A stretch of 64,000 nucleotides of DNA from NCBI GenBank assembly GCA_965199715.1, contig OZ241322.1, positions 1,376,001-1,440,000 of the forward strand, read 5' to 3'. How positions within the stretch are numbered: the stretch's first letter is position 1; each line of letters opens with the position of its first letter. The position numbers and the translations under genes are program-made. The notes beneath the pieces were generated by a model. The model was not told the origin of the DNA. It did no database searches and worked only from the letters and a program-made list of their open reading frames with translations. Shown here in pieces: positions 41,131 to 49,682 of the stretch. The stretch comes from Vicinamibacteria bacterium. GTDB taxonomy: Bacteria > Acidobacteriota > Vicinamibacteria > Marinacidobacterales > Marinacidobacteraceae.

Positions 41131-42723
41131 ATGCGCCTGCTGCTCGCCGCGCTCCTGACCGCCGCTCCGGCGGTCGCCGAGGAGGGGATTCCGGTCACGA
41201 GCCCGCTGGTGCGGGCGGCCTGCGGAAGCTGCCATCCGAGCGACGACGACGGCCGGATGACCCGCATCTCGCACCAGCGCAAGTCCGCCGAGGGCTGGCA
41301 GATCACGATCGTGCGCATGATGCGCACCGGCAACGTGGACTTGGAGCCCGAGGACGCGCGGGCGATCGTCCGGTACCTGACCGACAGCCACGGGCTGGCC
41401 CCCGAGGAGGAGCGCCCGGTCTTCCACCAGGCCGAGCAGCGCGCCTTCCAGGAGACGGTGGGCGAGGACGAGGAACTGCTCCAGGAGACCTGCTCGCGCT
41501 GCCACCTGACCGCCCGATTCCGCGCCCAGCGGCGCACCGCCGAGGAGTGGGACCTGCTGAAGGGCATGCACGTCGGCTACTTCCCGGTCATCGAGTTCCA
41601 GACCTTCCGCGGGTCCCCGGCGGCGGACGGAAGCTGGGCCGTCGATCGGGCGCTCGACCAACTGAAGGAGAAGTACCCGTTCTCGACCCCCGAGTTCGAG
41701 GCGCACCGGGCCAAGGGGCCGGGCGCCGGGATCGCCGGGCGCTGGACGGTCCGGGGCCATCTTCCGGGCGCCGGGCCGATCGGCGGATTCGTCGAGTTCG
41801 AGCCCGGTCCGGACGGAGACTGGCGGGAACGGACGACGTTCGTCCATCGGGACGGCACCGTCGAGGAGCGCACCGGCTCCGGAGTCCTCTACGGCGGCTT
41901 CTCGTTCCGGGGCCGGACCGACGGGCCGGTGCTCGGCGAACGGCGGGCCGCGCTCCTGCTCTCGGACGACGGCGCGACGCTGACCGGGCGCATGTTCCGG
42001 GGACGCTTCGGCGAGGACGGCGTGGAGCTGACGCTGACCCGGGGCGCGGGAGCCTCGGCGGCCTGGCCGCGTTCCGCCAGGCGCGGCGAAACGGTGAGCC
42101 TGCGCATCCTCGGCGACGGGTTCGCCCACGCGGACGGCCTCGACTTCGGGGCCGGGGTCACGGTGACGCGGACGCGGGTCGTGTCCGGGCAGGAAATCGC
42201 CGCCGAGGTCGCCATCGACCCCGACGCCGGGATCGGCTACCGGGATCTGGCGCTCGGCGGGACGCGGCTCGTGGACGGATTCGCGGTCCACGACGGGATC
42301 GGCTACGTGAAGGTGACTCCGGAGCAGGCGCTCGCCCGGGTCGGCGGCGCGGTCGCGCCCCGCCAACCGGCGCAGTTCGAGGCGGTCGGCTGGCATTCGG
42401 GCCGGGACGGCGAGCCGCTCACCGGGGACGACCTCGACCTCGGGCTGCTGGACGTCTCGTGGAGCACCGCCGAGTACTACATCCGCGACGAGGACGCGGA
42501 CACCCGCTTCGTCGGGAACGTGAACCAGCGCGGCCTGTTCACTCCGGCGCTCGACGGCCCGAACCCCGAACGCCCGCTGAACGCCGACAACATGGGCGAC
42601 GTCTGGATCGTCGCCGAGTACGCGGCCCCGGACGGCCGGACCCTGCGGGGCCGCGCCCGGCTCGTCGTGGCTCCGCCCGTGTTCATCCACTGGGACCTCT
42701 TCCCGGAGCGCGCCGGCCAATGA
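41131..42723 (+). CDS. qhpA: quinohemoprotein amine dehydrogenase alpha subunit (diheme c)
   Basis: Signal peptide, CGSCH and CSRCH heme motifs, RISHQRKSAEGW, ARVGG, GLFTPA..GPNPER...NMGD. Confidence 0.93.
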   Translation: MRLLLAALLTAAPAVAEEGIPVTSPLVRAACGSCHPSDDDGRMTRISHQRKSAEGWQITIVRMMRTGNVDLEPEDARAIVRYLTDSHGLAPEEERPVFHQAEQRAFQETVGEDEELLQETCSRCHLTARFRAQRRTAEEWDLLKGMHVGYFPVIEFQTFRGSPAADGSWAVDRALDQLKEKYPFSTPEFEAHRAKGPGAGIAGRWTVRGHLPGAGPIGGFVEFEPGPDGDWRERTTFVHRDGTVEERTGSGVLYGGFSFRGRTDGPVLGERRAALLLSDDGATLTGRMFRGRFGEDGVELTLTRGAGASAAWPRSARRGETVSLRILGDGFAHADGLDFGAGVTVTRTRVVSGQEIAAEVAIDPDAGIGYRDLALGGTRLVDGFAVHDGIGYVKVTPEQALARVGGAVAPRQPAQFEAVGWHSGRDGEPLTGDDLDLGLLDVSWSTAEYYIRDEDADTRFVGNVNQRGLFTPALDGPNPERPLNADNMGDVWIVAEYAAPDGRTLRGRARLVVAPPVFIHWDLFPERAGQ

Positions 42724-44144
42724 GCGGAACCCGCGTCGCCGCCGGCGAGATGCATCGGTTCACCGGCGGGAGCCGCAACTTCGCCTTCCTCGTCCCGTCC
42801 TCGATGATCTTCGAGCTGGACGAGGCCAGCGACCGGGTGCTCCGGCGGCTCGAGGACGGCCCGAAGCCGCCCGGCGAGGTGGTCACGAGCCCCGAGGAGG
42901 CGGACGCGCTGCGGGAGCTCGCCGGCATCGGGGCGGTCTCCCGGGAGGGCGCACCGCTGATCCCGATCGGCGGCCTCGCCGAAGTCGAGACCCCGCCGCC
43001 GATCCGCACCGTCGTCCTGAACGTCACGAACTCGTGCAACCTCGCCTGCCGCTACTGCTACGAGTACGGCGACGACCGGATCGCCGCCGCCGAGGTTCCC
43101 GCGGCGATGACCGAGGAAGTGGCGCGGCAGTCGGTCCGGCGGCTCATCGCCGACTCGGGCGAGGCGAAGGACCTCCAGGTCACCTTCTTCGGCGGCGAGA
43201 CCCTCCTCAACTGGAAGGTGATTCCGGGCACCGTGGAGTTCGCGCGGGAGGAGGCCCGGAAAGCGGGCAAGCGGGTGGATTTCAGCCTCACCACGAACGC
43301 CACGCTGCTCACGACCCAGGTCTCGCAGTGGATCGCCGACAACGGGATCGGGGTGACCATCAGCGTGGACGGCCCGAAGGAGTTCCAGGACTCCATGCGG
43401 GTGTACGGCGGCGGCATGGGGAGCTACGACGTGATCGCGCCGCGGATCCGCGAGTTCCTCAAGCTCCAGAAGCGCCCGGTGGGAGCGCGGGTGACCCTCA
43501 CCTCGCAGACGCTCGACGTGCCCCGCATCTTCGAGCACCTGATCGGGCTCGGGTTCTACGAGGTCGGCTTCGCGCCGGTAACCTCTTCGCCGGGCCAGGA
43601 CTACGCGCTGGACGACGGCGGCTTCGACGAGCTGCTGGACCAGTTCCGGGCGCTCGCCGACAGCTATGTCGAGACCGCGGCCAAGGGCGGCTACCTCGGC
43701 TTCTCGAACCTGACCGACCTGCTCGGCGAGATCCACCAGGGCGTGAGCAAGGCGTACCCGTGCGGCGCCGGCCTCGGCCTCGTGGGCGTCGCGCCCGGCG
43801 GGGAGATCGGTCTCTGCCACCGCTTCGCCGGCTCGGGCGACCACGATCTGGGCCACGTGGACACCGGGATCGACGACGCGAAGCGCGTGGAGCACCTCGA
43901 GAAGGCGCACATCGACGCTCGCACGGACTGCAGCCAATGCTGGGTCCGCAGCCTGTGCTCGGGCGGCTGCTACCACGAGGCCCAGACTCGCTACGGCGAC
44001 CGGTTCCGCCCCAATCTGCACTACTGCGACTGGATCCGCGACTGGACCGCGCTCGGCCTGTCGGCGTACGGTCGGCTGCTCGAAGCGAACCCCGCGTTCC
44101 TGAAACGCTTTGACGGCCCGGCCCGGGAGCGGCTGAACCCGTAG
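42720..44144 (+). CDS. qhpD: radical SAM/SPASM thioether-forming maturase
   Basis: CNLACRYC, FFGGET, CGAG...LCHRF, CSQCWVRSLCSGGC...HYC; ATGA overlap with qhpA. Confidence 0.93.
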   Translation: MSGTRVAAGEMHRFTGGSRNFAFLVPSSMIFELDEASDRVLRRLEDGPKPPGEVVTSPEEADALRELAGIGAVSREGAPLIPIGGLAEVETPPPIRTVVLNVTNSCNLACRYCYEYGDDRIAAAEVPAAMTEEVARQSVRRLIADSGEAKDLQVTFFGGETLLNWKVIPGTVEFAREEARKAGKRVDFSLTTNATLLTTQVSQWIADNGIGVTISVDGPKEFQDSMRVYGGGMGSYDVIAPRIREFLKLQKRPVGARVTLTSQTLDVPRIFEHLIGLGFYEVGFAPVTSSPGQDYALDDGGFDELLDQFRALADSYVETAAKGGYLGFSNLTDLLGEIHQGVSKAYPCGAGLGLVGVAPGGEIGLCHRFAGSGDHDLGHVDTGIDDAKRVEHLEKAHIDARTDCSQCWVRSLCSGGCYHEAQTRYGDRFRPNLHYCDWIRDWTALGLSAYGRLLEANPAFLKRFDGPARERLNP

Positions 44145-44154
44145 GAGGCCCGCG

Positions 44155-44481
44155 ATGAAGCACCTGAAACCGAAGAACGTGAAGGCTCGCTACGCCACCG
44201 AATGGCTGGAGGAGGGCGGAAGCGCGAAGGCGACCGCCGACGATCCCGGCCCACACTACCCGTCGGGCTGCACCACGATCTTCTCGCCGGGCTGGGAGGT
44301 GGACGCGACCGGCGGAACCGCCGCGCTCTGCCAGCCGATGGAGCGCGATCTCTACGACTGCTACAAGACCTGCTACTGGCCGGCGCAGGTGCCCGACTAC
44401 CTCAGCAACAGCCCCGACTGGCACAAGAACTGCGCCGCGGCCACCCAGGACTGGCGCGAAATCGACCTGATCTTCCCCTGA
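44155..44481 (+). CDS. qhpC: QHNDH gamma subunit precursor (CTQ peptide)
   Basis: Leader MKHLKPKN..A; core GCTT.F.PGWE, LCQPME.DLY.C...C.WPAQV.D; AGGAGG RBS. Confidence 0.93.
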   Translation: MKHLKPKNVKARYATEWLEEGGSAKATADDPGPHYPSGCTTIFSPGWEVDATGGTAALCQPMERDLYDCYKTCYWPAQVPDYLSNSPDWHKNCAAATQDWREIDLIFP

Positions 44482-45545
44482 TGCTTCCACGCGCCCTCGC
44501 CCTCCTCCTGCTGGCGCTCCCGGCGGCCGCCGAGGAGCCGAACCGGTTCCTCGCCGGGGTCTGGCCGGACCGCCTGATCGCCTTCAACCAGGAGACGCTC
44601 GTCTTCGAGCCGATCGGCGCGCTCCGCCACGGCGTCTCCACCGGGCAGGCGCGATCCCCCGACGGGCGCTTCTTCGTCTTCGTGACCGGGCGGCAGGAAG
44701 CGGTCGAGATCTTCGATTCCGAGGCGCTCGCGGTCGTGGATGAGTTCCGGCTCTCGACCGGCGCCCGCCGCATCCGCATCCAGCGCGCCACCCCGGACCC
44801 CCGAGCGGAGCGCATCTTCCTGCGGACGGTGGAAGTGGTCGAGGAGTCGGACCGCTTCCTCCACGACACCAAGGAGGAGATCCAGGTCTTCGACCGGGCC
44901 CGGGGCGAGATCGTCCACCGGATCCCGGCGGGCGAGTTCGTGAACCCGTGGCTCTCGGCGATCCACTTCAGCCCGAGCGGCGACCGCATGTACCTGCTCG
45001 GCGTGGACTCGCTCGTCGAGATGGATCCCGAGACCTGGGAGGTCCTCGAGCGGGTCGAGTGGAACGAGCCGCTCGCCCCCGGCTTCGGCGCGCCCCGGGG
45101 CGCCCGGCTGCGGCTCGTCGAACCCGGGCGGCTGTTCGGGATCTACCGGACGACCGAGCCGATGCAGGGCATGGACCTGTTCGGCGTGCTGGAGATCCGC
45201 CTTCCCGAGAAGTCCGTCGCCAGCTTCGAGGTCGGTCCGGGGATGCGCGTCGGCCAGTTCGCGCTCTCGCCGGACGGAAAGTTCGGGTACGCCGGGCTCA
45301 GCGACTTCGCGGTCATCGACATGGAGACCAGGGAAGTCGTCCTGCGCAAGAAGGGCTTCGAGCGGGGCCGCACGAACACCTCGCTCATCGTTTCGGCGGA
45401 CGGCGCGCGGCTGTTCATCTCCGGCGTCGGCGACACGATGTACGTCCATGACGCGCGCACCCTCGAACGCGAGACCGAGGTCTTCGCCGGGGGCGACTTC
45501 ATGATCTCGCCGACCGAGATGCGGCGGAGCGGCTCGGGCAACTGA
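44481..45545 (+). CDS. qhpB: QHNDH beta-subunit-like beta-propeller
   Basis: Signal peptide, repeated SPDG blades, position directly after qhpC; divergent sequence. Confidence 0.7.
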   Translation: MLPRALALLLLALPAAAEEPNRFLAGVWPDRLIAFNQETLVFEPIGALRHGVSTGQARSPDGRFFVFVTGRQEAVEIFDSEALAVVDEFRLSTGARRIRIQRATPDPRAERIFLRTVEVVEESDRFLHDTKEEIQVFDRARGEIVHRIPAGEFVNPWLSAIHFSPSGDRMYLLGVDSLVEMDPETWEVLERVEWNEPLAPGFGAPRGARLRLVEPGRLFGIYRTTEPMQGMDLFGVLEIRLPEKSVASFEVGPGMRVGQFALSPDGKFGYAGLSDFAVIDMETREVVLRKKGFERGRTNTSLIVSADGARLFISGVGDTMYVHDARTLERETEVFAGGDFMISPTEMRRSGSGN

Positions 45546-47203
45546 CCTCCGGCGCCTCGCCCGACCTCTACGGCCGGGCGTTCCGGCTGACCCGGCCCTA
45601 CTGGCGGCGGCTGCCGCCGGTGCTCGCGCTCTCGGTGGTTTCAGGGCTTCCGGGGCATCTCTGGCCGCTCTTGGTCCAACCGCTCGTGGACGGGGCGCTG
45701 CTGGGCGGCGATTTCGGCCTCCTCGTGCGGCTCGCCGGGGCGATGGCGGCGATGCAGGTGGTCGGCCTGCTGCTCTCCTCGTACACCGGCTACCGCTACG
45801 TCTCGGTCTCGGCGCGGGCGCTCTTCGAACTGCGGCTCACCGTCTATCGGAAGCTCCAGAAGCTGTCGCCGCGCTTCTTCGCCGAATCGCGCACCGGGGA
45901 CGTGCTCTCCCGGCTGAACACCGACGTCTCGGAGCTGCAGCGGACCGCCGGCGACCTGCTGCTGTCGCTTGTCTCGAACGTCCTCGGCCTCGCGGTCTCC
46001 GTCACCATGGTCGCGTGGCTCGCCCCGTCGCTGCTCGTTCCCTCGCTCGTCGCCGTTCCCCTCGCGTCGGTCGCGCTCTCGAGGCTGCGCGGGCGGGTGA
46101 TCCGGGAAAGCCGCCAGCTCCGGGAGGCGGGCGCGTCCGTCGGAAGCCTGCTGGTCGAGTCCATCCTCGGGCTGCGCCAGACGGTCGCCTTCGGCCAGCA
46201 GGCGCGCGAGGCGAAGCGGTTCGGGCGCGAGAACGACCGCTTCATCGACGCCCTGCTGCAGGCGCGGCGGACGACCTACGTGGCCGCCGGGATTCCGTCC
46301 TCGGTGGTCGCGCTCGCCGGCGCGGCGACGTTCCTCTACGGCGGGTTCCTCGTCATGGAGGGCGCCCTCACCCTCGGGACGCTCGGAGCCGCGATGATCT
46401 ACCAAGGACGGCTCTTCGGCCCGATCCAGGGGCTGATCGGCCAGCGCCTCTCGCTGCAGGCGGCGCGGGCCTCGCTCGAGCGGGTCTTCCATCTGCTGGA
46501 CCAGCCGGACGGAGTGCGGCAGGCGAAGGACCCGGTCGCGCCCGGCGCGGGACCGTTCCGGCTGGACCGGGTGGGGCTCGCGTACGGCCGCGGCGCGGTG
46601 CTGGACGGGCTTTCGCTGACGCTTCCCGAGCGCTCGCTTACGGCGCTGCTCGGCCATACCGGGGTCGGCAAGACCACGGTGGCGGACCTCATCCTGCGGC
46701 GGATGGATCCGGACTCGGGCCGGCTCGGCTGGGGCGCGACCGATCTCCGCCGCATCGACCTCGGAGCGCTGCGCCGCCGGGTCGCGGTCGTGGAGCAGGA
46801 GCCGTTCCTGTTCCACGACTCGATCCTCGCGAACATCCGCTACGGCGCGCCCGACGCGACGCTGCGGGAGGTGCGCGAGGCGGCCCGGCTCGCCGCGCTC
46901 GACGGGTTCCTCGCCGAGCTGCCGGGCGGGTTGGAGACGGTGGTCGGCGAACGCGGCCAGTCGCTCTCCGCCGGACAGCGCCAGCGAATCGCGATCGCGC
47001 GGGCGGTGATCACCGACCCGGCGCTCATCGTCCTCGACGAGCCCAGCTCGGCGCTCGACGAGGCGACCGAGGCGCTGCTGGTCGAACGCCTCGTCCCCTG
47101 GCTGCGGGAGCGGATGGCGCTCGTGATGACCCATCGCCCGGCCTTCGTCGAGGCGGCGGACCAGGCGTTCGCGCTCCGGAACGGACGGGCGGAACCGATG
47201 TGA
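45542..47203 (+). CDS. ABC exporter (QhpF-like); probable CTG start
   Basis: TMD plus GHTGVGKT, LSAGQ, VLDEPSS; the open frame extends 5' to the CTGA overlap (..RLTRPYWRRL). Confidence 0.85.
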   Translation: MTSGASPDLYGRAFRLTRPYWRRLPPVLALSVVSGLPGHLWPLLVQPLVDGALLGGDFGLLVRLAGAMAAMQVVGLLLSSYTGYRYVSVSARALFELRLTVYRKLQKLSPRFFAESRTGDVLSRLNTDVSELQRTAGDLLLSLVSNVLGLAVSVTMVAWLAPSLLVPSLVAVPLASVALSRLRGRVIRESRQLREAGASVGSLLVESILGLRQTVAFGQQAREAKRFGRENDRFIDALLQARRTTYVAAGIPSSVVALAGAATFLYGGFLVMEGALTLGTLGAAMIYQGRLFGPIQGLIGQRLSLQAARASLERVFHLLDQPDGVRQAKDPVAPGAGPFRLDRVGLAYGRGAVLDGLSLTLPERSLTALLGHTGVGKTTVADLILRRMDPDSGRLGWGATDLRRIDLGALRRRVAVVEQEPFLFHDSILANIRYGAPDATLREVREAARLAALDGFLAELPGGLETVVGERGQSLSAGQRQRIAIARAVITDPALIVLDEPSSALDEATEALLVERLVPWLRERMALVMTHRPAFVEAADQAFALRNGRAEPM

Positions 47204-47763
47204 CGCTGCGGATCGCCGTCGTGGACAGCGGGATCAACCCGGCGCACCGGCACGTGGGCCCGGTGGCGGGCGGGGTGCGCATCCGCATGCGCGACGGCCG
47301 GCTCACGTTCGACGACGACTGGCGCGACGGCCTCGGCCACGGGACGGCGGTGGCCGCCGTGATTTCCGACGGGCTGGACCCGGACCAGTTCGCGCTGCTT
47401 TCGGTCCGGATCTTCAACCGGCGCCTCGACGCGCCGCCCGAGGCCGTGGCCGCCGGGATCGAGTGGGCGGTCGAAAACGGCGCGGACCTCGTCAACCTGA
47501 GCGTCGCGACGTCCGGCGAAATCCGGGCGGCGGTCCCGGTGTTCGCGCCGGCCGGACTTTCGGGCGCGATCGGGGTGGAAGCCGACGACCGCCTTGGCTA
47601 CGGGACGGTCCTGCCCGGCCCGCCGATCCGCGCCTCGCCGTGGGCGCGCCCGCTGCCGCCGCTGCCCCGGGAGAAGAACTTCCGCGGCGTGAGCTTCGCG
47701 GTGGCGGCCGCCGTCGGCCGGGCGGCGCGGCTACGGCTTCAGGGGGAGGCGAGCAGCACGTAA
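47200..47763 (+). CDS. small cytoplasmic subtilisin-like S8 protease (QhpE-like leader peptidase)
   Basis: IAVVDSG, GHGTAVA, VNLS, GVSFA catalytic motifs; no signal peptide. Confidence 0.85.
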   Translation: MTLRIAVVDSGINPAHRHVGPVAGGVRIRMRDGRLTFDDDWRDGLGHGTAVAAVISDGLDPDQFALLSVRIFNRRLDAPPEAVAAGIEWAVENGADLVNLSVATSGEIRAAVPVFAPAGLSGAIGVEADDRLGYGTVLPGPPIRASPWARPLPPLPREKNFRGVSFAVAAAVGRAARLRLQGEASST

Positions 47764-48236
47764 TTCGCCTTGCAGTGGCGCTCGAGCTCCTCGGCGAGAT
47801 CGCCCGCGGCGTTCCTGAGGCTCGCGCCCTGTTCGCGCTCGTCCAGCCCGATCAGCGGCTTCACGTCCCGCTCGATGATCGCGATGGCGTTCACCGAATG
47901 GGTCTCGACGACGACGCTTCCCTCGACCATGATGGGCGTGCCGTTCAGGATGTGCCGGTTCACCTTGGGCTGCATCTTCTCGGCCACCCGGTAGCCGGCG
48001 ACCCGCAGCACGATCCGCGCGGCTTCCGGCTCCTCGACGATACGGAACCAGCGATCCCGGTCGCCGACCCGCTCGCGCACCGCCTCCACCGCGGAGAGGA
48101 TGCGGATCAACGCGTCCTCGTCGGCGGCGTCGCCGGCGACCACGGCGACCACGGCGACCGGGAACGGTTCGGGCGGGTTGCGGGGGGCCTGCGGCTCGAA
48201 CGCGGCCGCGAGCAGGGCGAGAGCGACGAAGCGCAT
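47739..48236 (-). CDS. hypothetical exported protein
   Basis: Signal peptide, GC3-biased codons, resembles 54935-55357. Confidence 0.65.
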   Translation of the reverse strand: MRFVALALLAAAFEPQAPRNPPEPFPVAVVAVVAGDAADEDALIRILSAVEAVRERVGDRDRWFRIVEEPEAARIVLRVAGYRVAEKMQPKVNRHILNGTPIMVEGSVVVETHSVNAIAIIERDVKPLIGLDEREQGASLRNAAGDLAEELERHCKANYVLLASP

Positions 48237-48243
48237 GGCCCCC

Positions 48244-49491
48244 TCATGGTAGCCAAGGCGCGGCCTCGCCGTCCGCCGCGCCGAAGGAGAACGTCCGCAC
48301 CGCCGAATCGGCGAGCGAGTCCCGCAGCAGCTCGTCCATCCCGGGCAGGAGCCGGGCCTCGAGCGACGCGAGCCCTCCGGGGCGCGAGCGGGTCCGGGGC
48401 GAGCGGGCGATGAGGGCGCAGCAGTCCTTGGCCGGCTCGGCCGAGACGTCGTGGGTTCCGATGGCCTCGGCGCGGGCCATGATCGCGGCCTTGTCCAGCC
48501 CGATCAGCGGCCGCAGCACCGGCATGGACACCGCGGCGTCCACGGTGATGAGGTTGCCGATCGTCTGCGAGGCGACCTGCGAGAGGCTGTCCCCGGTCAC
48601 GAGCGCCGCGGCCTCGAAGCGTTCCGCCGCCGCTTGGGCGCACCGGAGCGCGAACCGGCGGAAAAGGAGCGCCTCGTAGCCGGTTCTCGACCCGGCGAGC
48701 TCGAGGTCCAGCCGGACGAACGGCACGAGCACCAGCCGAGAGCGCCCGGTGTAGCGCGACAGCGCGGCGACGAGCCGGGAGACCTTGACGACCGAGGGAT
48801 CGTCGGAATGGGGATGCCCGGGCGCGACGTGCAGGAAGTCCACCTGCGCCCCCCGGCTGGCCAGCATCCACGCCGCCACCGGCGAATCGAACCCGCCCGA
48901 GAGCAGCGCGAGGAAGCGGCCCGCCACGCCCACCGGCAGCCCCCCCGGCCCCCGCCGCCGCTCGGTCCACACGCAGCAGGCGTCCTCGTAGTTGTCGATG
49001 CGCACGGTGAGCGCCGGCGCGGACAGGTTCACCCGGCGCCAACCGGTTCGCTCGAGGACGGCGGCGCCGACGGCGTCGGCGATCCCCTGGGAACGGATCG
49101 GGAACCCCGGATCCCGCCGGCGCGCGCGGACCGCGAAGCCCGCCTCGGGATCGTCGGGGCGGCCGGCTTCCGCCAGCTCGCAGGCGAGCTCGACGAGCTG
49201 CGGGACCAGCCCGTCCCCGGTTCCGTCATGGGGAATCGCGTGCGCGGGGATCGCGAGCTCCACCCCGAACACCGTGCGCAGCGCCTCCAGAACCGGGTCG
49301 ATGCGCTCGGGATCCACGGCCTCGATCCAGACCCGGTCGCGCATGGAGCGCACCCGCCAGCCGCAGCCGACGCTGTCGAGCCGCGCCCGCAGGTTGCGCT
49401 TGAGCGCCTCGCGGAATCGGGGCCGGTTGCGGCCCTTGATCCGGACCTCGGGCGACCGGATCAGGATGCGCCGGGAGGCGAGCGGGAACAA
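48244..49491 (-). CDS. thiI: tRNA 4-thiouridine synthase (THUMP + PP-loop, no rhodanese domain)
   Basis: EVRIKGRNRPRF, GPGGLPVG, LLSGGFDSPVA, TGDSLSQVASQT, RPLIGLDK, DCC. Confidence 0.92.
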   Translation of the reverse strand: MFPLASRRILIRSPEVRIKGRNRPRFREALKRNLRARLDSVGCGWRVRSMRDRVWIEAVDPERIDPVLEALRTVFGVELAIPAHAIPHDGTGDGLVPQLVELACELAEAGRPDDPEAGFAVRARRRDPGFPIRSQGIADAVGAAVLERTGWRRVNLSAPALTVRIDNYEDACCVWTERRRGPGGLPVGVAGRFLALLSGGFDSPVAAWMLASRGAQVDFLHVAPGHPHSDDPSVVKVSRLVAALSRYTGRSRLVLVPFVRLDLELAGSRTGYEALLFRRFALRCAQAAAERFEAAALVTGDSLSQVASQTIGNLITVDAAVSMPVLRPLIGLDKAAIMARAEAIGTHDVSAEPAKDCCALIARSPRTRSRPGGLASLEARLLPGMDELLRDSLADSAVRTFSFGAADGEAAPWLP

Positions 49492-49496
49492 CGGGG

Positions 49497-49570
<74 letters not shown>

Positions 49571-49583
49571 GCCCCGCAATCAC

Positions 49584-49659
49584 TGGTACGCCTGAGAGGA
49601 CTCGAACCTCTGACTTCTTGCTCCGGAGGCAAGCGCTCTATCCACTGAGCTACAGGCGC
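49584..49659 (-). tRNA. tRNA-Arg(CCG)
   Basis: GCGCCTGTAGCTCAGTGGATAGAGCG-CTTGC-CTCCGGA-GCAAG-AAGTCAGAGGTTCGAGTCCTCTCAGGCGTACCA. Confidence 0.96.
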
Positions 49660-49682
49660 TCCCAGCCGGACGGGGCAGTGTA

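Noticed and set aside
41112-44144. Apparent 1010-aa fusion ORF ending in the radical SAM domain (similarly 39898-42720, 19779-22703, 31906-34221)
   Set aside because: The upstream parts are spurious frame extensions; real starts lie at overlaps or signal peptides downstream
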